A stretch of DNA of 64,000 nucleotides, taken from Cycas panzhihuaensis. Lineage: Eukaryota > Plantae > Cycadophyta. Where the stretch lies: assembly GCA_023213395.1 (NCBI GenBank), contig CM041465.1, positions 227,857,741-227,921,740 of the forward strand, read 5' to 3'. Below, piece by piece: positions 13,640 to 26,829 of the stretch. Position 1 is the stretch's first letter. Each line of letters starts with the position of its first letter. The notes under the pieces were generated by a model. That model worked only from the letters and a program-made list of their open reading frames with translations, searched no databases and was not told the origin of the DNA. The position numbers and the translations under genes are program-made.

Positions 13640-16600
13640 ATGGCATCCTTAAGCACTTCATCTATAATTCCACATTTCAATGGAATAAATTATGTAGCAT
13701 GGTCTTGTAAGATGAAACTTATCTTTGTGTTTAGGGGTATGTGAAACCTTATAGATAATGGATATCCTACACTAGCCTAAAATGCATCTCCTAATGAAAA
13801 TAAAGACTTTAAAGATAATGTCACTATGGAAAATGAAGCTTTATCAATTACCTCTAATGCATTAGAGAACCACATATTTCCTAAAGCTAGTGAAGCAACT
13901 AGTTCCATGAAGGCTTAAAACAACTTGAAGACTATGTGCGAAGGCACCATAATTGTAAAGCTTTAGACTCTAATGACAAGATTCAAGAATAAAAGGATGA
14001 AGTACAATAAACTAGTTAATGACCTCATCATCAAGATACAAGAATTAGTGAATCAAATGCAAGCACCCACTGAAGATATATTGAAGTAATATGTAATTGG
14101 AAAAATATTGAGATGTGTAGGGGATAGTAAAAAGTTTGAAATCATATTCATGAGCATTAAAGTTTCAAGCGACTTAAGTATGATGAAAAATTATGAGCTT
14201 AGTGTCGTTATCTATAGCATTAAAGAAAAGAAAAGTGCTAATGAAATATTGGAATATGATTTTGTCACTAAGGTAAGAATTGGTAGTTTAAGGGAAAGGA
14301 TCAATTTTGATAGAGAACAATCAAGTAAGAGAGGTCAACGATGTCACTTAAGGATGAGAAGTCTTAGAGGATAAACTTAAAGAGTAGGTTTTTAAAATAT
14401 TGAATGGGAAAGTAAAGGTCTAAGTCCAAATCCTAAAGAAAGAGATAACTATCAGTCACCAAGAGGAAGGAGTCCTAGTCTAGCACCTAAAGGAAGAGAA
14501 ACTAGCCAAGGTATCATTTATACTTGTTACAACAAACTTAGCCATGTGGAAAGTGATTGTTACAATAAGAGATCTCACTTAGAAAGAAGAAAAGCCAATT
14601 TAACTTTTGTTAATGAACCTTAAGAGGAGAAAATGTTATTCATTATTGAGGAATAAAAGATCATTAAATAACCTAAATAAAAATAAAGGGTCATTAAAAA
14701 ACCCAAGGAAGATCAAAGGGTCATTGAAGAACCCAAGGTAGAATAAAAGGGCATTGAAAATTCAAAGGAATAAAGACTGTTTTCAAGTCTAATAGAATAT
14801 CATCATGATGATGATTGGTAGTACATAGACTTAAGTCTTTCCACTCATATGGCACATAAGGAATAAAACTTTAAAAGGTTGGACACTACTCATACAAGTA
14901 AAATTATTTTTTATGACAACTTGTCTCATGAAATTAAAGGAAAAGGTGATATATCTATTTAAGTAGGCAAGAATATAGGTGATGTGCTTCATATTATAGC
15001 ACTTAAAAAAATCTAGTTTTAGTGGGTCAAATGATAAAGTAGAAACTTAAAGTTATATTTGAAAATATAGAGTGTATAATAATAGATAAGAAGAAGAATT
15101 ATAAAATTATGACTAAGGGAGAAATGACTAAATATAGACTTTTCAAACTAGTCATCCCTTCAAACAATCATTATACCTTAAAAGTATCTTGTAAAGATAG
15201 CTGAATTTAGTACTTAAGATTTTTACATGTTAATAATCTTTCTTTGATGTAAATAAGATAAATGGTAATTGGACTACCTCATATAAAGGAAGAGAAAGAA
15301 ATTTGTGAAAGTTACATTTTTTAGAAATAGTATAGAGATAGTTTCCCATAAGGAAGCATAAGAGCAAGTGCACCTCTCTAATTGGTGTAAACAGATTTAT
15401 ATAGCCCCATAGAAGTATTATTTTTTAGAAAGGCAAAATACTTCATGATTTTATTGATGATTACTCAAGGATGTCTTATGTTTATTTTCTCATAGAAAAA
15501 TCTAAGTCCTATAGAACATTTGTCAAGTCTAAAGCCATGATGGAAATATAAAGTTATTATCTAATATTATATGTAAGATTTGACAATGGTGGGGAGTTTA
15601 TCTCTTATTAGTTTAGTGATTTTTGTTCATGATATAAGATCAAAAGATAATTTACCAACTTATACACTCTAAAATAAAATGTGGTTATATAAATAAAGAA
15701 TAGAACCATTGTTGAAATGACTAGGTACATGCTAAAGACAAAGAAAGTTAGTAATACTTTCTAAACAAAAGCTATAAGTATAATTGTTTACTTATTGAAT
15801 ATATTTACCACAAAAGCAACTAAAAAAAATACTCTTATAAAGTCTTAGACATGTCATAATCCTTGAACACTTGAGTGTATTTGGATACATTGTCTATGCT
15901 AATATTCTAGATTAGAAGAGAATAAAATTAGAAGATAAAAGTATTAAGTGCATCCTTAACTTAAATAAGCTCCAAGAGCTCGGTATTCAAAGATTTATGA
16001 ATACTTAAAAATAAAGGATTCTTTAATAGTCAATTAGATCCTAATTTATATGTTAAATTGGATTGAAATTCAATTTTGATAGTTGGTCTATATCTTGATG
16101 ATCTTATTTATACTGGAAATAGCCAATAGTTATTTGATCAATTCAAGCAAGATATATGTGATGAATTTAAAATAATATACTTAGGTGATATGTACTATTT
16201 CTTGGGAATAGATGTTTGACAAGAAGGTAATAGTATCTTTGTTTTATAAGGAAAGTACATTCTAGACATTCTATATAAATTCAACATGGATAATTATAAA
16301 ATAATTTATATACTTATAAAAATTGGGATAAAACTATCAAAATTTGAGAATCCTAACCCAATTGATCTAATACTTTATATATAATTGGTTAGGAATCTCA
16401 TCTACCTAACTACAACTTGGTGCGATATCACTTATGTAGTTATTCTTGTGTCCAGGTTCATGCCCAACCCAAGGACACAATTCATTAGCAAGTTATAAAA
16501 TGTATACTATGATATCTTAATGGCATAATTAGCTATGGATTAAAATATAGGTTAATAAAAAGGTTTAGATTGATCAAGTTTATAAATTTTAACTGGGTAG

Positions 16601-16990
16601 GTTCAATTGGCAATGAAAAATATACATTAGGATACTCCTTTAGTGTAAATTTTGTAATGGTTACTTGGTGCTAAAAACAAAATTAACCTATAATTTCTCT
16701 ATCAACTATTGAAGTAGAATATAAATCCATTGTTATAGAAAGAGTAGGAGTAACCTACTCAAATACTTAGTAATAACTAAAGTGTAATATAAATGATAAA
16801 GAACTAAGTAATCCATGGTAGAACCAAGCACATCAAGACCCAATATTATCTCATCAAAGAATTGGTGTAATAAGAAGAAATTAAGTTAATTTACTATAAG
16901 ATATATGGTCAGGTTATAGACATATTTACTAAGACACTTTCAATAGAAAATTTTCATAAGTTCAAGGATGAGGTTAAATTTTTTCCCAAT
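13640..16990 (+). pseudogene. Element C gag-pol remnant (gag, CCHC knuckle, protease, integrase, partial RT, RNase H)
   Basis: MASLSTSSIIPHFNGINYVAWSCKM; CYNKLSHVESDC; IDDYSRM; FDNGGEF; LK*APRA; LYLDDLI; RTKHI. Many stops and frameshifts. Confidence 0.88.
14648..14775 (+). repeat. About four copies of a 30-bp tandem unit (EDQRVIEEPK-like) in element C
   Basis: GAAGATCAAAGGGTCATTGAAGAACCCAAG and diverged neighbours with 30-bp period. Confidence 0.7.
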
Positions 16991-19900
16991 GTACATTATG
17001 GGGGAGAAATGTTAAAATAGTGTATATTGCATTATTATATTATTTATGCATAATTAATATTAGTGCGTGAGTCAACTATTCTTTACTATCATAAGAGCCA
17101 ATGAGGGAGTTCCTTATATAGTTGAGCCCTCATCATATATTTGATGGGCTTCAAGCATAGTATTTATAAACACCATGTATCATTAGAGGTTTGCTCTCTT
17201 ATTTGATAGAATAAGAGGATAAAGAGAGTAGAATGAAATGAAATACAAACAAGAAAGGGCATAAATAGCATTCTATGAGAATTATGGTGTTGATGAACAC
17301 TAAGGTCTTCAAACCCCACAAATAAATAGACAAGACTAAGAGGATTTGGGCATACCTCTCAAGGTCTACCACCTCCTAACATTAACAAACACCTAACATA
17401 GAGCTACCATGATATCTCCCATGATTTAGGTTATTACCCTAATGTGGGTAATCTCCCTAAGGTGGGTACTCACCTTAATATAGGCATTATTCCAATATTT
17501 CTCCTATATAATACCCATTTAAGGAGACTCTAAGTTTATCTCTAAATGTAATAAACTTTATTTTACCAAGTGTCTTTATGAAAATGTCTGTCACTTGATC
17601 TTTTGTGTTGTAATAGACTAATTCTAATTTACTTTGCTACACTAACTCTCTAATGAAATGATATTATATTTTAATATGCTTTGTCTTGCCATGAAATATT
17701 AAATTCCTAGTCATCCAAATTATACTTTGATTATCATAAAGAAATTCTATGGGACCAACCTATTCTTCCTAAAATTCCTTAAGCAATCTTCTAAGCTAAA
17801 TTATTTCACAAGCTCCTACTACAGCTACTTTATACTCTACTTCTATAGTAGAGAGAGATAATATTGTCTACTTCTTTGAACTCTATACTATTGTTGCTAA
17901 ACCCAAACTAAATATATAACCTAAAGTAGATTCCTATCATCCACATAACCTGCCTAGTCTAAGTCTATATAACCAATCAACCTATAATCCCCTAATGACT
18001 AGTAATACAATTAATACCCAATAGTACCTTTAAGATACTTGAGAATTCTTTTGGTTGTTTTTCAATGTTTTACCTTAGGCTCATGCATAAACCTGGAAAC
18101 CATACTAACTACATACATAATGCATGGTCAAGTTGAAGTCAAGTAAATTAGGCTTCCAATCAACTGCCTATAAAGTGTAGGATTAATTTATTTAGATTCC
18201 TTAAACTTAGATAATTTTAACCCAACCTCTATTAGTGTTATAAGTGGCTTATAACTATCCATGTTAAACTTGTACAATATATCTAGTGTATATTTCCTTT
18301 GAGATATAAATATCCATTTTCTATCCTACCATGCCTCCATGCCTAAGAAGTAATATATAAGTCCTAAGTCTATCATCTCAAATTCTTTATACATATCTTT
18401 CTTAAACTTTTGGGATAAGTAATTATAGTTTCTAATACATACTAGGTCATCCACATATAAGCCCATAATTAGTATTGAGCTTTCTTCTAATTTTATATAT
18501 AAATTGGGATCTAATTACCTTATTTAGAATCTTTTATCCTTAAAATATTTATCAATCCTAGAGTACCATGCTCTAGATACTTTCTTGAGTCCATTTGAGA
18601 CCTTTTTGAGTTTGTAGGCATTGTCTTCTTTTTCTAACCTTATAACATATATAAATGTTTTGCTATAATCTATGCCCTTAATTTAAGCATAGCCCTTAGC
18701 AACTAACCTTGCCTTATATTCATCAATAAACCTATCTAATTTATACTTGGTCTTATAGACCCCCAATGGCATTCTTACTAGGTGGTAAATATACTTACTC
18801 CCATATGTCATTTTTCACTAAGGCATTATACTCTTCCTTCATTGCATTCTTCCATTCATCTTAACTATTTGCTTCTTTAAAGTTGTGAGGCTCATTTAAC
18901 TCCATAACATGAGTTATAAGTGTAAAATTCACTCTTTGAGATCTTATTATTCATCTCTCAAACTTAATATCTAAGATACTTTGAGGATTATGAACCCTTT
19001 ATACCGATTTTAGGACCCTTTGATTTAAAGTAGATGGTCCTGCATCATTTGTACTAGGTATATTTATACCACTTGAGTTAGAGTCCATATCAACCATAAT
19101 ATTTTTCTATTTGTCATTTTTAATAACTTTGTCTTGATAGAATTCATCTTCCTTTAAGATGGTATCCCTGCTCATAATAATTCTTTTACATGTTTGATCA
19201 TATAACTTATATTTATAGAATTCATTCTTCTTCTAAGATCTAAATGAGTCACTATATCCTATAAGTATATATTTAGTGCTCTTATCATTTAATTTTGTCC
19301 TCCTTTATTTTAGAACATGTGCATGAGTTATGCACCTAAAAACTCTAAAATGTTTAATGCTTAGCTTATAACCTATCTAAGTTTCTTCAAGTATAACCCA
19401 TCTCACTACTTTAGTGGTACACTTATTTAATAAATAAATAGTTGTATGTATAATTTCTACCCAATATTCATTATTAAGATGCTTGTCCTTAAGCATACTT
19501 CTTTCTATATTAATTATTATCTTATTCTTTCTTTTTACAAATCTATTTTATTGAGGTGTGTAGGGATTTATAAGTTATTTTTTTATCCTAAAATATCTAC
19601 AATAATCTTTGAATTTGTTTAAAATAAATTATCTCCCATTGTCTGATCTTAGGGTTAGAATTTTAAGTCCACCTTATCTTTCAACCATATTTTTAAAGTT
19701 AATAAAGCATTAGAGTATATCTAACTTGAACTTGAGAAAGTAAACCCAAGTTATCCTTGTAAAATCATTAATAAAGGTCATGAAATACTTGGCTCCTCTA
19801 AGTGAAGACACATCTATTGGTCTACATAAGTCTATGTATACTACTTGAAGAGGTCTATAGGCCTTATAGATTTTATTAGGGAATCCATCATTTTGTTGTT

Positions 19901-21229
19901 TACCTAGTATACATCCTTCACATACTTATTTGCTATGTTCAATATCAAATAGCCTTATTACTATTTCCATCTTTTTCATTAATGTCAAACTATTATAGTT
20001 CATATAGCCAAATCTTTTACATTGTGTTTTAATATCCACATTGATTAAAGCCTTTAAGGCTTAATAATCAGTTAAGGGAATGTCTAGTTTAAATAATCTA
20101 TCATTAGTTATTTATCCCTTAGTAACTATTACTTTGTTACTTAGCTTATCCTTAATGGCACATTCTCCATAATGAAGTTCACCTTATATTTTTGATTTAT
20201 TATTTATCCTACTAATAGAAATTTTTTCTTAAGTATAGGGATATGAAGTACATCATTAATATACCTTATTTCTCTAAAATATATTTGTAGCCATATTCTC
20301 TTTGCTAACTATAGCTTGAGTAGTGTTATCTCCATTACTATTGTTTAATTCCTTGAACCATTCTTCTCTATGTGTCATGTAGGTAGAACATCTTAAGTCA
20401 ATATACCAACCATCTTCTTCTTCATTTGCCATTAAACTTGATAGAAAAAGTCTTTAATTTTTCCTTTCTTCAATAGTTGTATTAACAATTCCTCTTTATA
20501 AGTTAGACCATTTTGAGAAATAATTTTCTTCTAAGTGTCTACTTCTATGGCAATAGGAGCATTTCATTATTCATCTAACCCTAAGACTTCTTCCTCTTTG
20601 TTCTTAACTTCTAACTCTTAGACTTTGACCTTTACCTTCTTTTTGAGGTCCAAAATTTTATCCTTGGCCTTAATTAAATTAGCCTTAAAAATATTTTTAT
20701 CGTTGACCTTAAAATTGATTTTGTCCTTAATAAAAATAACTTTGACCTTAATGATATTATCATTTCTCTTAATAAACTTGATCTTGTCTTTAATAAAATT
20801 AATTTTAATTCCTAAGGTTTTAACCTCTTCCTCTAGGAGATTATCCTCTTTCTCTAAAACTTTGACCTTAAAAAGTAGACCTAATCATTACCTTAGTGGC
20901 AAATGCATATTTAAGAAATCTACTTTCCCTATTTTTTTCTTTAATAGCAAGTAACATTATACTTAATTGATTAATTTTGAGGTAGTTGGTGTTGAAAAAT
21001 AGACCTGCAATAAGATATTCACAAATAGAAACAAAAACAACTCTAGGATCAAATGGTAGGTATCTCAAATTATATTAACAAAACATCCTTATAAAAAATG
21101 ATATTCATATGATACACTATGTTATGTATTTATAATACATGTTAATATAGTGAGAGTGGGACCCACTTGTATGTAGGATAAAATAAATTTACATTAATAT
21201 TCTAACATTCCCCCTTAATACATATTTGG

Positions 21230-22382
21230 GTCATTTGTATTTGCAACGTCTTGTTCTTAGAAATGTCATGAAGATGATGTCTTCAACTTGATCCATGTTT
21301 TTAATCTTATAGTGATATCTTTATTGTAGAATGATGTCTTTAACTTGATTTTCATATTCAATTATATACTGATGCCTTTGTAAGATGATGTCCTAAGCTT
21401 GATTTCCATCTTCAATCCTATAGAGATGATGTTGATGTAGTAACTATAGTAAGCGAAAATCCTGATTCTTCATTATGGTTGGGCTAGTTTGATTTTGATG
21501 TAGATACTATAAGTAACCATCTTCAAATATAACTTGCATGTCATCATTATCCTAAATAAGTTCTTAATCACCATGTACAATAGAGATTTATTCAACCTTT
21601 GAAGTGGAATCTTGATTAATTTACATAATCTTTGAACTTGAATCAATGCTCAAAGAAGGAACATCATTTAGACTTAAATCAATCTAAGACTTATCTTCTA
21701 CAGGGCTATCAAATTCATATTCAATTTCTCTTGAAATCTTGGTGTCATCTAAATAAACCTTTATCGATTTATCACTTTTAATGTCTTCATCAGTAGTTGT
21801 AGTATCATGAATGCATTCTATCATATGTTTAGTAGTAATTTCATCAATATTCAAATATTCTTCATCTTGACATATTGTTTCATCAGTGTTGATAATATTT
21901 TCTTTATTCATTGTACCTATACCATAACCATCATTGACCTTAATTATCTTTTCAATCATTCATTATATCTCTTTAGGAGTTTATTCAAATACATCCCTTA
22001 AAAAATCCCATACTTCCTTAGCAGTACTTGCATGTTGAATCTTAGGAATGACAAAATTGTATGTGAAAGGAAGATCAGCCTTGTTTAATGTAGTAAGAAT
22101 CATGATGAATGCCTTTTTGTCTTTCTTCTCAAGCATTTCCTTTTCTTCTTCATCCATAGGAATATCATATCCATCAGTAACAAGTTTCTGCAAACTTCTA
22201 GCTATGAAAAAACATCTCATTTTAATCATTAAAAAAAAGTAGTCTTCTCCATTACACTTAGGTATTGGAAGCAACGAATCCCTTAAGTTATATTCATTTA
22301 TTTCATGAACATATATAACCACATCATTTTCCTCCATGATTGTAAATATACCTCCAAATAATATCCCTTTTTCAATCAACAA
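21230..22382 (-). pseudogene. Element E ORF: Copia gag N-terminal domain plus an unrecognised acidic/repeat extension
   Basis: IPKCNGEDYFFLMIKMRCFFIARSLQKLV..GY...KDKKA...IPKIQHASTAKEVWDFLRDVF is Copia gag-like. ORF 21684-21959 is in the same frame, separated by TAA/TAA/TGA. Confidence 0.72.
21270..21435. repeat. Three 54-57 bp tandem units near the 3' end of element E
   Basis: ATGATGTCTTCAACTTGAT / ATGATGTCTTTAACTTGAT / ATGATGTCCTAAGCTTGAT at 57 and 54 bp spacing. Confidence 0.7.
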
Positions 22383-25300
22383 ATTTACCCATTAATCAAT
22401 CTCAACAAACTTTCTCGTGTCTTATGTCTCTCATATCACTGACTTCATTGTCACAGCATCACCTTGTCTATATTTCCAAACAAATAACAAATATCTGAAC
22501 CACTTCCTTTACCATCAAATCAATGCTTCATAACTTTCACAATGATCATACATGCCACATATAGCCATTAAATTACCAAGACATACCACACTATACTCAA
22601 TTGCCTAAAACACAACTCATGCCATAACATTACCAATGAATAAACTATACTCGTATGCAATGATCTACATGAATTAACATAATTTACTTACTTTCTTACA
22701 TCTTAAATAGCTTCATTAAATAGCTTGACCTCTTATCCATTTATGATCATCAGTACCTTGATAATAGTTACTCATAAACATGCCCTCTAATTGCCCTTCT
22801 CTTGCCCTATCTTGCCCATGTCATATCACCATCTTCTTTGCTATCAAATTTACCTTATCATGCCCTCTTCTTTGCCCATGAAGCTATAGCCAAAGTTATT
22901 GCTCTTTGAAGTTAAGGTTGTAGATGTGTCTCAAAAATATAGTGATGAAAAAAAGATAGGCGGAAATTAATTTTGCTATAATTTTCATACTTTCACCCTA
23001 AAATCTATAGTGCGACCACTCAAAATTTATAGAACAAGTTATTTCGTCTTAATTTTGTCATTACTTTTTAGAAATTTTAACATTTGTTCTCTCGAATATG
23101 CTTTTAACCTTTGATGGCACCTCCTAAATCACTACTCCAATACTGAACAAAATATCTCTCTCAACCTAGGTGCTCTGATACCATATTGAAAAATAGACCT
23201 GCAATAAGATATTCATAAATAAAAACAAAAACAACTCTAGGATCAAACGGTACCCTTAAGGTACTTCAAATTATATTAACAAAACATCCTAGTAAAAAAT
23301 GATATTCATATGATACACTATGTTGTGTATTTATAATACATATCAATATAGTGAGAGTGGAACCCACTTGCATATAGGACAAAATAAATCTACATTAATA
23401 TTCTAATAAAGTTAGGTCCTTGGATACCTCAATACTTATTACAACAATTTCAAATATTTTAATATCACTAACACATATCAAGATATTCTCTACCACTCTT
23501 TATTTAGTAATAACTTCTCCTAAAGCCCTTATTTAATTGACTAGGTCTTGTGTTTTTGTTATGAAGTTATTCACTCCTTCATTGTTATTCATCCTACAGT
23601 TTTCAAATTTACTCCTCAATGTTTGGAGTTTATATGTAGTAACTCCTTCGTAGGTGGTCTTCAATACATGCCATGTCTCCTTTGATATAGATGCTTTACT
23701 AAACCTTGCAAAAATATGATCCTCTAATACATAGAAGATGAATGTCAAGGCTTCATTGTCTTGCTTTTAATTCTCCTTATAGGTCTTCTTTTAGTCTTTA
23801 GTAGCATTAACGTCAAGAGCTCCATAACCTGTTTCAATGAAGTCTTACATATCCATTACATTACTTATGCTTAAAGCCATAATAAATAAAATTATCTTAA
23901 ATTAAACTACTTGCAAAAGTAAAGTACTAGAAAGGAATACTGAAATATACTTAAACAAGGCAATAAAGACACTCAAAAAATATAAGCAAAACTTATCCCT
24001 CTTTAACTTCAGGAGATGTACAAGTGTTCTAATTAGGACCTAACCTTCTTTAAAGAAAGATTTTTATACTAATGATTATTACAAGCTGAAATTTTGCTAG
24101 ATTTATTCAAGGATCATCTTGCAAGAAGGCCACAAACTAACATCAAGTTTGACTGTAAAAATATTATATCAAATGATTTCAAAAAGTCTTGAAAGATTAG
24201 TCACTTAATAAAGGATTAAATATAAACCTAAAACCTCAAATGGCACTTAATTCTAACTTTTTATGACCAAGTCATATATTAAAAAGTATAAGGAGATCAA
24301 AAATGATAAAGAGCCTTTTAGTACATTAACTACTAAGAAATTTTTTATCAATTTTTAGTCATTAAAAAAGCTATCAAATAACGATTTAACATAGTCATGT
24401 GACCACTCATTTCATTTGGGTAAAAATATAGAATGCTTTAAAATTAGCAAAACTAAAAATGGGCCCTATTCGTGATAGATATTCTTGTTGGAGTAGAAAT
24501 AGGTGTTTGATTTGAAACAACCTCTAAAAAAAGGATTAGCCCTTTTTAAAAATAACACTTAAGGTTACTTGACTCTACTATATAACTTACAGGCTATATG
24601 ATAGCATGGGGGCTACAAATAAGGAACTCAATAGAATATAGAAAATAATTAAATTTCTCAAATTGATGATAATATTAAATGCTTAATCAGAGTGATAAAT
24701 TTCACTAGTCACTTATTAGAAGTGAGTACCTAAATCAAAGCAAGTAAAAAACATAAAAATTATGCATGTTTAGAATTTACATTGTATATATTAATGTGCC
24801 ATTTGGCATCAAAGTTGTGGCACCCTAGTACACTATGATGTCTAAATTATCCTTGCCTTAAATGCTAAACTATTAACATGTGAATGCTTCATTTTTTCAA
24901 GTAAGAGATGAATGACAACCTTTTAGTATTTATGGTAGATATCCATAATTGACAATAAGCATATTATTCAAGAAAATACTCATTCATGAGGTTTAATTAT
25001 CAATGAATCCTAAGATGTGAGAGAGTAGAAATCAGAACTTTGGGCTCCTAAATCTTTAAATATTAAACTAGAATAGATCAGTAGAATGACTCACTAACAT
25101 AAAATAAGGGTAGAAGTTTAAGGTGTTTTCTCTTATTGCATTCATATCTTATAGCTCCTCCAACTCAAAAGGTATTAGATTAAGTGATCATGGCCAAATG
25201 GAAGGTAGTAGGGTGCAAGTATATAACCATGGTAGTTACTCATAAATATCCATGTAGTTATAAATGAATAAATAAAAAAAGGTCCAAAAAAAAAAAAGAA

Positions 25301-26159
25301 ATCGAAATATCATAAATTACTATTACTTTGAGTGATGTAAGTACGTAATAAGGGTGAGGGCATAGACATAGATGTAAATATGAGCTAGATCACCTAACAA
25401 GCCACATATACACATACCAAACCACCTACAGAAGCACATAAAAGCTTAGAGTGAAATGGACATAGTCTGAAAGGTGCCAACATCCAAATGATTTTCTTAA
25501 TCAATGCCTCTATTTATTTGATAAAAAACTCATGCCAAGATTTACATTGTCATAATGCAACCTCCTTATTATTTATGCTAGAGCATTACCAATCAACATA
25601 AGTATAGAGATAACCATGGATATAGAATGCGATGCTAATTTTTTGAAAATGTATACCCAACTAAGATATTGACATTAGTGCATTTATCTTCCTCGACGTG
25701 AAGGGAAGAAAAGGATGGAGGTATGACTATTGATAGAAGAAAATAAATACAGACATAAACATGGTATGGGGGATGGACATAAGCATAAATACAAACTTGA
25801 TAATAGCTTTCCTAATGTAAACTTTGTCCAGACAAAATAAATATAAATATGGATGTAAATAGTATGAGATGTAAGGGTGAAAGCCATAAATAAAAGATCA
25901 AATAGAAGGTCATATATACCTGTAGTGTGTGCACAAATAAATAAGAGAGTATCTATATACTAGTAATATATATAACAAACTCCTCTATAACTCTAATTGA
26001 GGATCCTTGATAGCTTATCCAATGATGCTTTGATACCAAATGATAGAATCAGAGGACAAAGAAAGAAAAATGAAATGAAATATAAATAAGAAAGGGCACA
26101 ACTAACATTCTCTAAGAATGGTGATGTTGATGAACATTAAGGTCTCTAAACCCTTTGTA

Positions 26160-26217
26160 TAAATAAATAGGACTAAGAGGATTTAGGTGTAAATAAATAG
26201 GACTAAGAGGATTTAGG
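26160..26217. repeat. 30-bp tandem duplication in one LTR of D
   Basis: TAAATAAATAGGACTAAGAGGATTTAGG occurs twice; the partner LTR has a single copy at ~17322-17350. Confidence 0.85.
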
Positions 26218-26435
26218 CACACCTCTCAATATCTATCACCACCTAGCATTGACAAATGTCTAACATAGAGCTGCCAATATATCTCCCACAATTGGGTTAA
26301 TACCCTAATGTGGGTAATCTCCCCAACGTTGGTACTCACCCTAATATGGAAATTATTCTAAGATTGTTTATTGCTTGTATGCTCATTATTTTACTCTCAT
26401 TTCATCTTAGTGTGCTAACCAATCCCTTTAGATTT

Positions 26436-26829
26436 ATAGGTATTAAGAGGTGAGTTTAACTCAACTCTTAACCTTAATATGAAGAAATGGAGAGCTAGGA
26501 GGTTAGATCAAGCTAAGATGGCCCTTCATGATTGGATCCTCAACCAAGGGTTAGCAAATATTTAACCAAAGGAAGGCATGCTCACTTAGAACCATAGAAT
26601 AGGTTAACCCACCCTAAATTTGAAGGTAAGGTTAGTTAGTGGTGGTAAGAAAGTGACCTTGGAGAGGGTTTTAAGATGTTCAGATTAGATCAAAAATTAA
26701 TATACCTTCATAATAAAATTGAGACCTAGAATTATTAGGTCTTTGGTAATATTTTTAAACAAAAAGGAATTCTCAACAAGAAGATGGAGTCTATTTAGGA
26801 GGAAATCCTTAAAGAAGGGCTCTCAAATA
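26436..26829 (+). pseudogene. LINE ORF2 piece 2: endonuclease C-part and linker (internally deleted)
   Basis: *VLRGEFNSTL (WxxGGDFN), EGMLT*NHR (GxFTWxNR), MFRLDQKL ... *N..VFGNIF; continues as GLS|NELATREE after 39507. Confidence 0.8.

Larger units (their letters stand above)
20990..23408 (-). mobile_element. Element E: 2.4 kb non-autonomous gag-only LTR retrotransposon (TR-GAG-like) nested in D
   Basis: LTRs 20990-21207 and 23184-23408; perfect reverse-complement tRNA-iMet PBS GCTCTGATACCA at 23172-23183; reverse-complement PPT TTCCCCCTTAA at 21208-21218; possible TSD gttgg/gttag with a 2-nt offset; no pol motifs. Confidence 0.88.
17520..23860 (-). pseudogene. Element D gag-pol remnant, gag interrupted by element E
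   Basis: Minus strand: SKETWHVLKTTYEG..KLQTLRSKFEN (gag), CSYCHRSRHLE, WYIDL, RSDNGR, YKARLVAKGYA, LYVDDL. End coordinates approximate. Confidence 0.88.
17204..26363 (-). mobile_element. Element D: Ty1/Copia LTR retrotransposon inserted in the 3' LTR of C
   Basis: LTRs 17204-17497 and 26041-26363; reverse-complement PBS GCTTTGATACCA at 26027-26038; reverse-complement PPT TTTCTCCTATATAAT after 17497; TSD ttatt/ttgtt. Confidence 0.9.
11793..26430 (+). mobile_element. Element C: Ty1/Copia LTR retrotransposon (Ale/Ivana-like, inferred) whose 3' LTR is interrupted by element D
   Basis: 5' LTR 11793-12046; PBS TGGTATTAGA at 12049; PPT ATGGGGGAGAAA; 3' LTR split into 17010-17203 and 26369-26430; TSD gatat/gattt. 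Confidence 0.88.

Noticed and set aside
14648-14775. Short periodic repeats as a CRISPR-like array
   Set aside because: Eukaryotic TE context, tandem units without unique spacers, no cas genes.
20625-20954. 109-aa Leu/Ile-rich, membrane-like ORF on +
   Set aside because: Antisense shadow of the purine-rich RG/GQ low-complexity tract in D gag.
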